Assembly (NCBI GenBank): GCA_000004985.1
Contig: GG739277.1
Strand: one strand, 5' to 3'
DNA: 2,227 nt
DNA from: Naegleria gruberi
Lineage: Eukaryota
The position numbers were made by a program, and so were the translations under genes. How positions within the stretch are numbered: the first letter of the stretch is position 1; the number at the start of each line of letters is the position of its first letter. The notes under the pieces were generated by a model that saw only the letters and a program-made list of their open reading frames with translations, ran no database searches and was not told the DNA's origin. Below are positions 1-2,227 of this stretch, piece after piece.

Positions 1-1
1 C

Positions 2-508
2 AGGTCAACATCTCGTGTTGAAGCCTTGAGACCATCCCTTCAATTTTGGGCCAATATTGAGAGAAGAGTTTTTCCAATTTCATGGTCTTATGATAAGATT
101 AAAAGAGGAATTATTTTTATTTGGTCCTTGATTGATAGAAAAGCTTTGAAACGTGATCCAATTTTCTATCATCATATTGAAGGTTTCATTCAGAGAAAAG
201 ATCATTATGATCCTTTCATTTTCAAACTCACTAGTGCCATGTTAGTCATTGGTTTCAGACTTTTCGCTAGACCAGGTGAATTAGCTAGACTCAAGTGGTG
301 TTATGTTACAAAGCTTAGAAATGGTAACATCAAATTAGATCTCAGTGGTCACAAAACAGATTTCTTTCTACTAGAAAAGCCGATGACTATTGACAAGCAT
401 CTTGAAAATCCTTTAGTGTGTCCAGTGAAATTGCTTTTTGATTACATGTCTAATTCTGAGCGAAGTGAAGAATGGACTTGTTTTCATTGTAAACTTAATA
501 AAATATAA
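2..508 (+). CDS. Partial CDS, 5' end outside the window (frame 2 is open from base 2; the first codon in the ORF track is TTG, not ATG). Tyrosine-recombinase-like protein fragment with a Box I Arg motif and a beta-hairpin Lys; it lacks the C-terminal HxxR/Tyr half.
   Basis: There is no stop in frame 2 from base 2 to the TAA at 506-508. The translation contains ...SAMLVIGFRLFARPGELARLKWCYVTK... (nt ~236-310). This aligns to YR Box I, e.g. lambda Int TGQRVGDLCEMKWSDI, with the pattern R-x-G-[DE]-L-x-x-[LM]-K-W-x-x-[IV]. SGHKTDFFLLEKP at nt ~347-385 resembles the catalytic Lys hairpin (Int SKTG). The R-to-K spacing is 28 residues, as in Cre (R173/K201). The protein ends ~50 aa after the Lys, without HxxR or a Tyr nucleophile. 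Confidence 0.55.
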   Translation, partial: RSTSRVEALRPSLQFWANIERRVFPISWSYDKIKRGIIFIWSLIDRKALKRDPIFYHHIEGFIQRKDHYDPFIFKLTSAMLVIGFRLFARPGELARLKWCYVTKLRNGNIKLDLSGHKTDFFLLEKPMTIDKHLENPLVCPVKLLFDYMSNSERSEEWTCFHCKLNKI

Positions 509-523
509 GTTGAGTATTTTTCC

Positions 524-538
524 ATGCTCAAAAAATTA
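524..538 (+). promoter_or_regulatory. Leader motif copy A: ATGCTCAAAAAATTA, 20 nt upstream of the ORF2 ATG. It contains an out-of-frame uATG.
   Basis: A 15-nt string that matches 1909-1924 exactly except for one extra A in the A-run there. Same orientation, and a similar distance to the downstream start codon. Confidence 0.4.
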
Positions 539-543
539 TCACA

Positions 544-1536
544 ATGGCCCCAACACCAACTACACCAAAGAACAACAAGAAAACGAAAGACCTTAGCTCA
601 CCTTCTGCAGGTAGCGAGCAACGAGTCATTGTTCTAACTCCTTCCACCTCAAATTCTTCTGATAGTTCTGCTATGCCTTCACCTCCTCCTGTTCAAGACA
701 CAAAGAAGAACAAGAAGAACAATCAACAAAAGATATCACCTGGCAAAGACTCAAACAACGCCAAGGTTGGTTCACAAGGTGCTTCTGCTCTCGCTTCTTC
801 GATGGAATTGTTTGAGTCCAACCCATCTGAAGAGGTTTCTGGTAAAAGAGCAAGAGTTGCTGATGAACCAGATGATTGGTTTAAAAACCACGTCATCGAC
901 TCTTACCAAAGAATGTTTGGTGAGTCATTGAAAGAAGATTTGCCGTTGGAAGAAGCTGTTTCTCTTCTATTCGAAACAGCCAATGCTCCATACGCTGACA
1001 ACTTGGAATTCAAGAATAGAATGGCTGCTCTTGAATTGTTGTTCAGAAAAGAAGTAGACACTCCCATTCCAGATTCATCTGGTATAAAAGATATTAAAAG
1101 TAAAGGTTATTCTTTACTTTTAACAAACTCTTTTATCATCTCTCAAATCTGCAAGCGTTTGAGAGAGAGTGATACCCTTGATTTACCGCTTATTCTTCAA
1201 GGATTTGAATTTATTCAGAATATTTCTGAGTTAAATCTAGTCTGTATTCGAATGGGCATTAAAAATGGCTTTGAAGCAGCTGAAAACTTCTCTAACAGCT
1301 ACAAATCAGGAGGTTCACTTGACCAAATCACCTCCAAACAACAAGAGAAGGCCATTAAATCTGCTGAAAAAGTAAAAGCAGTAGAAACCATTGAAAAAGT
1401 CAGCAAATGGGCCAGCAGAACCCCTAATTTTCATAAGTTCCCCACTAGATACGATAATCTTAGTAGTACCGTTTCAGTTTTACCTAGTTGTAATAAACAC
1501 CGGAAATTTATTTATGTTTTTAACAATAAAAGCTGA
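544..1536 (+). CDS. Hypothetical protein, 330 aa. The N-terminal ~110 aa are low-complexity (S/T/P and K/N rich, with basic clusters). The C-terminal ~200 aa look globular and are of unknown function.
   Basis: A complete ATG-to-TGA ORF of 993 nt in frame 1. Yeast-like codon usage (AGA Arg, TTG/TTA Leu, no CTG codons). The N-terminus (MAPTPTTPKNNKKTKD...KKNKKNNQQKISPGKD...SGKRARV) has NLS-like basic runs and an S-P-x-K Cdk-consensus site. I do not recognise the C-terminal domain. Confidence 0.55.
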   Translation: MAPTPTTPKNNKKTKDLSSPSAGSEQRVIVLTPSTSNSSDSSAMPSPPPVQDTKKNKKNNQQKISPGKDSNNAKVGSQGASALASSMELFESNPSEEVSGKRARVADEPDDWFKNHVIDSYQRMFGESLKEDLPLEEAVSLLFETANAPYADNLEFKNRMAALELLFRKEVDTPIPDSSGIKDIKSKGYSLLLTNSFIISQICKRLRESDTLDLPLILQGFEFIQNISELNLVCIRMGIKNGFEAAENFSNSYKSGGSLDQITSKQQEKAIKSAEKVKAVETIEKVSKWASRTPNFHKFPTRYDNLSSTVSVLPSCNKHRKFIYVFNNKS

Positions 1537-1559
1537 AAGTAGTCAAATGATGATATTTG

Positions 1560-1600
<41 letters not shown>

Positions 1601-1710
1601 AATTGATGTTAGATATTAGTTGTTCCATTTATTTTTAAACTACTCCATCAACCTCCATGAATCTAGTTGTCTATTTCTTGTTGTAAGAGTTTTTCTTTGT
1701 TTTAATAAAC
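1537..1710 (+). terminator. Probable 3' UTR and polyadenylation region of ORF2. TATATA-type efficiency element ((AT)18) followed by A/T-rich positioning sequences, including AATAAA at ~1703.
   Basis: In S. cerevisiae-type 3'-end formation the efficiency element is UAUAUA, followed by an A-rich positioning element and a Py(A)n cleavage site. The (AT)18 tract lies directly downstream of the TGA at 1534-1536, and T-rich/A-rich runs follow (ttttaattgatg, atttatttttaaac, tttaataaac). Confidence 0.4.
1562..1597. repeat. (AT)18 dinucleotide microsatellite.
   Basis: A perfect 36-bp alternating AT run, read directly in the sequence. It begins 25 bp after the ORF2 stop codon. Confidence 0.95.
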
Positions 1711-1908
1711 AACTATCATAACTCTACTTTTACTACTTCTAATAACAGTGTTTTTGTAATATTTTTACAAAGTTTGTTTTTTCTTTGAATTTATTTTCTT
1801 TGGATTTACCATAAAGATTATTACTTCCAATGTAGAGTTGCGAGGAACGATGCAACGTTAGTATTACGACAAATTGTAAACAATAAAATTGAGTTGATAA
1901 ATAATTTT

Positions 1909-1924
1909 ATGCTCAAAAAAATTA
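1909..1924 (+). promoter_or_regulatory. Leader motif copy B: ATGCTCAAAAAAATTA, 27 nt upstream of the ORF3 ATG at 1936. Its own ATG is in frame with ORF3.
   Basis: Second copy of the motif found at 524-538. A 15/16-nt exact repeat is not expected by chance within 2.2 kb. Confidence 0.4.
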
Positions 1925-1935
1925 AGTATATTGAA

Positions 1936-2227
1936 ATGGTTCAAACACCAAGCAAGGCGAATATTTCCAACATTCGTCAAAGAGTTTCAGCAAGCAAATC
2001 TTCAACTTCTACCTACAAGTCAGGTTACATCCCAGTAACTGACAATGGTAGCTCAGCTTCACTCCCCTCTGTGGTTGACCCAACATCCAAAACCTTGGAT
2101 AACAACCAAGCTGGTTCTGAAAAGAACCTTGATGCTATTCTCAACGCCATCACTTCTTTGGGTGAGAGAATAAAGCATCTCGAAGCTGTTCCTCCTGTTC
2201 TGCAACAAGCTAATCAACTTGATGAAG
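1936..2227 (+). CDS. Partial CDS, 3' end outside the window. Hypothetical protein with an S/T-rich N-terminus followed by a probable helical segment. An alternative in-frame start lies at 1909.
   Basis: Frame 1 is open from 1789 to the window end. ATGs are at 1909 and 1936, and the sequence around 1936 (aaATGg) is the better context. The translation is MVQTPSKANISNIRQRVSASKSSTSTYKSGYIPVTDNGSSASLPSVVDPTSKTLDNNQAGSEKNLDAILNAITSLGERIKHLEAVPPVLQQANQLDE. It is not in the ORF track only because no stop occurs inside the window. The first 17 coding nt and the N-terminal peptide resemble ORF2. Confidence 0.5.
   Translation, partial: MVQTPSKANISNIRQRVSASKSSTSTYKSGYIPVTDNGSSASLPSVVDPTSKTLDNNQAGSEKNLDAILNAITSLGERIKHLEAVPPVLQQANQLDE

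Noticed and set aside
509-543. The 35-bp gap between ORF1 and ORF2 read as a prokaryotic operon junction.
   Set aside because: There is no Shine-Dalgarno-like purine tract before the ORF2 ATG (aaaaattatcacaATG). Codon usage, A/T-rich spacers, the (TA)n tract and S/T/N/K-rich low-complexity protein sequence all fit a yeast nuclear genome, not a bacterium or phage.
671-853. A 60-aa ORF on the minus strand inside ORF2.
   Set aside because: It is fully embedded antisense to a much longer ORF that has good codon usage. Its Cys/Ser-rich translation has no recognisable features, and short antisense ORFs of this size are expected by chance.
544-1536. ORF2 as the missing C-terminal half (HxxR ... Tyr, or a GCR1_C DNA-binding domain) of the ORF1 recombinase-like protein.
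   Set aside because: I scanned ORF2 for H-x-x-R followed 20-35 aa later by a conserved Tyr, and for an LGH-type Box II. Only non-matching strings were found (NHVIDSYQR, KHRKFIY). Its N-terminus is low-complexity linker-like sequence. No support from the sequence alone, though a proper HMM search should still be run.
1391-1606. A 71-aa plus-strand ORF overlapping the end of ORF2 and running through the TA repeat.
   Set aside because: It is out of frame with the overlapping ORF2. Its C-terminus, (IY)n, is just the translated (AT)18 microsatellite. It is an artefact of the repeat.
1722-1750. tactacttctaataacag resembles a yeast intron branchpoint (TACTAAC) followed by an AG 3' splice site.
   Set aside because: It is one mismatch from TACTAAC and the AG follows immediately (zero spacing). 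There is no GTATGT/GTAAGT 5' splice site in any plausible upstream position (e.g. near the ORF1 end at 440-520). It is most likely chance in AT-rich DNA.
1-2227. Mitochondrial or plasmid origin.
   Set aside because: The ORFs contain no in-frame TGA that would need to be read as Trp. GC content and codon usage match nuclear yeast genes, not the extreme AT bias with GC clusters of yeast mtDNA. Nothing resembling 2-micron Flp/REP organisation is visible.

Overview
This window is AT-rich eukaryotic DNA, most likely from a budding yeast. The evidence is AGA/TTG-biased codon usage, a (TA)n tract and A/T-rich intergenic DNA. I cannot name the species. CTG codons are almost absent, so a CTG-clade yeast is possible.

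Three same-strand (+) coding regions are supported:
- ORF1 (bases 2..508) is the 3' end of a gene that continues upstream of the window. Its product carries a clear tyrosine-recombinase (integrase/Crypton/DIRS-type) Box I signature (FARPGELARLKWCYV) and a beta-hairpin Lys (SGHKTD) at Cre-like spacing. The protein stops about 50 residues later, before any His-x-x-Arg or Tyr nucleophile motifs.
- ORF2 (544..1536) is a complete 330-aa ORF. Its N-terminal half is low-complexity, rich in Ser/Thr/Pro and Lys/Asn.
- ORF3 (1936..2227, or 1909..2227) is the 5' end of a third ORF that runs off the window.

An (AT)18 microsatellite lies 25 bp after the ORF2 stop and fits the yeast UAUAUA 3'-end-formation element.

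The most striking non-coding feature is a 15-16 nt motif, ATGCTCAAAAAA(A)TTA, found 20-27 nt upstream of both the ORF2 and ORF3 start codons. The first 17 coding nt of the two genes are also near-identical (ATGGnnCnAACACCAA), and their N-terminal peptides are similar. ORF2 and ORF3 therefore look like tandem paralogs with a duplicated leader.

ORF2 begins only 35 bp after the ORF1 stop. That is anomalous for a yeast nuclear gene pair. Taken with the truncated recombinase domain, it suggests a degenerate or domesticated YR-element remnant fused onto the promoter of a duplicated gene family. This is inference and needs homology searches to confirm.
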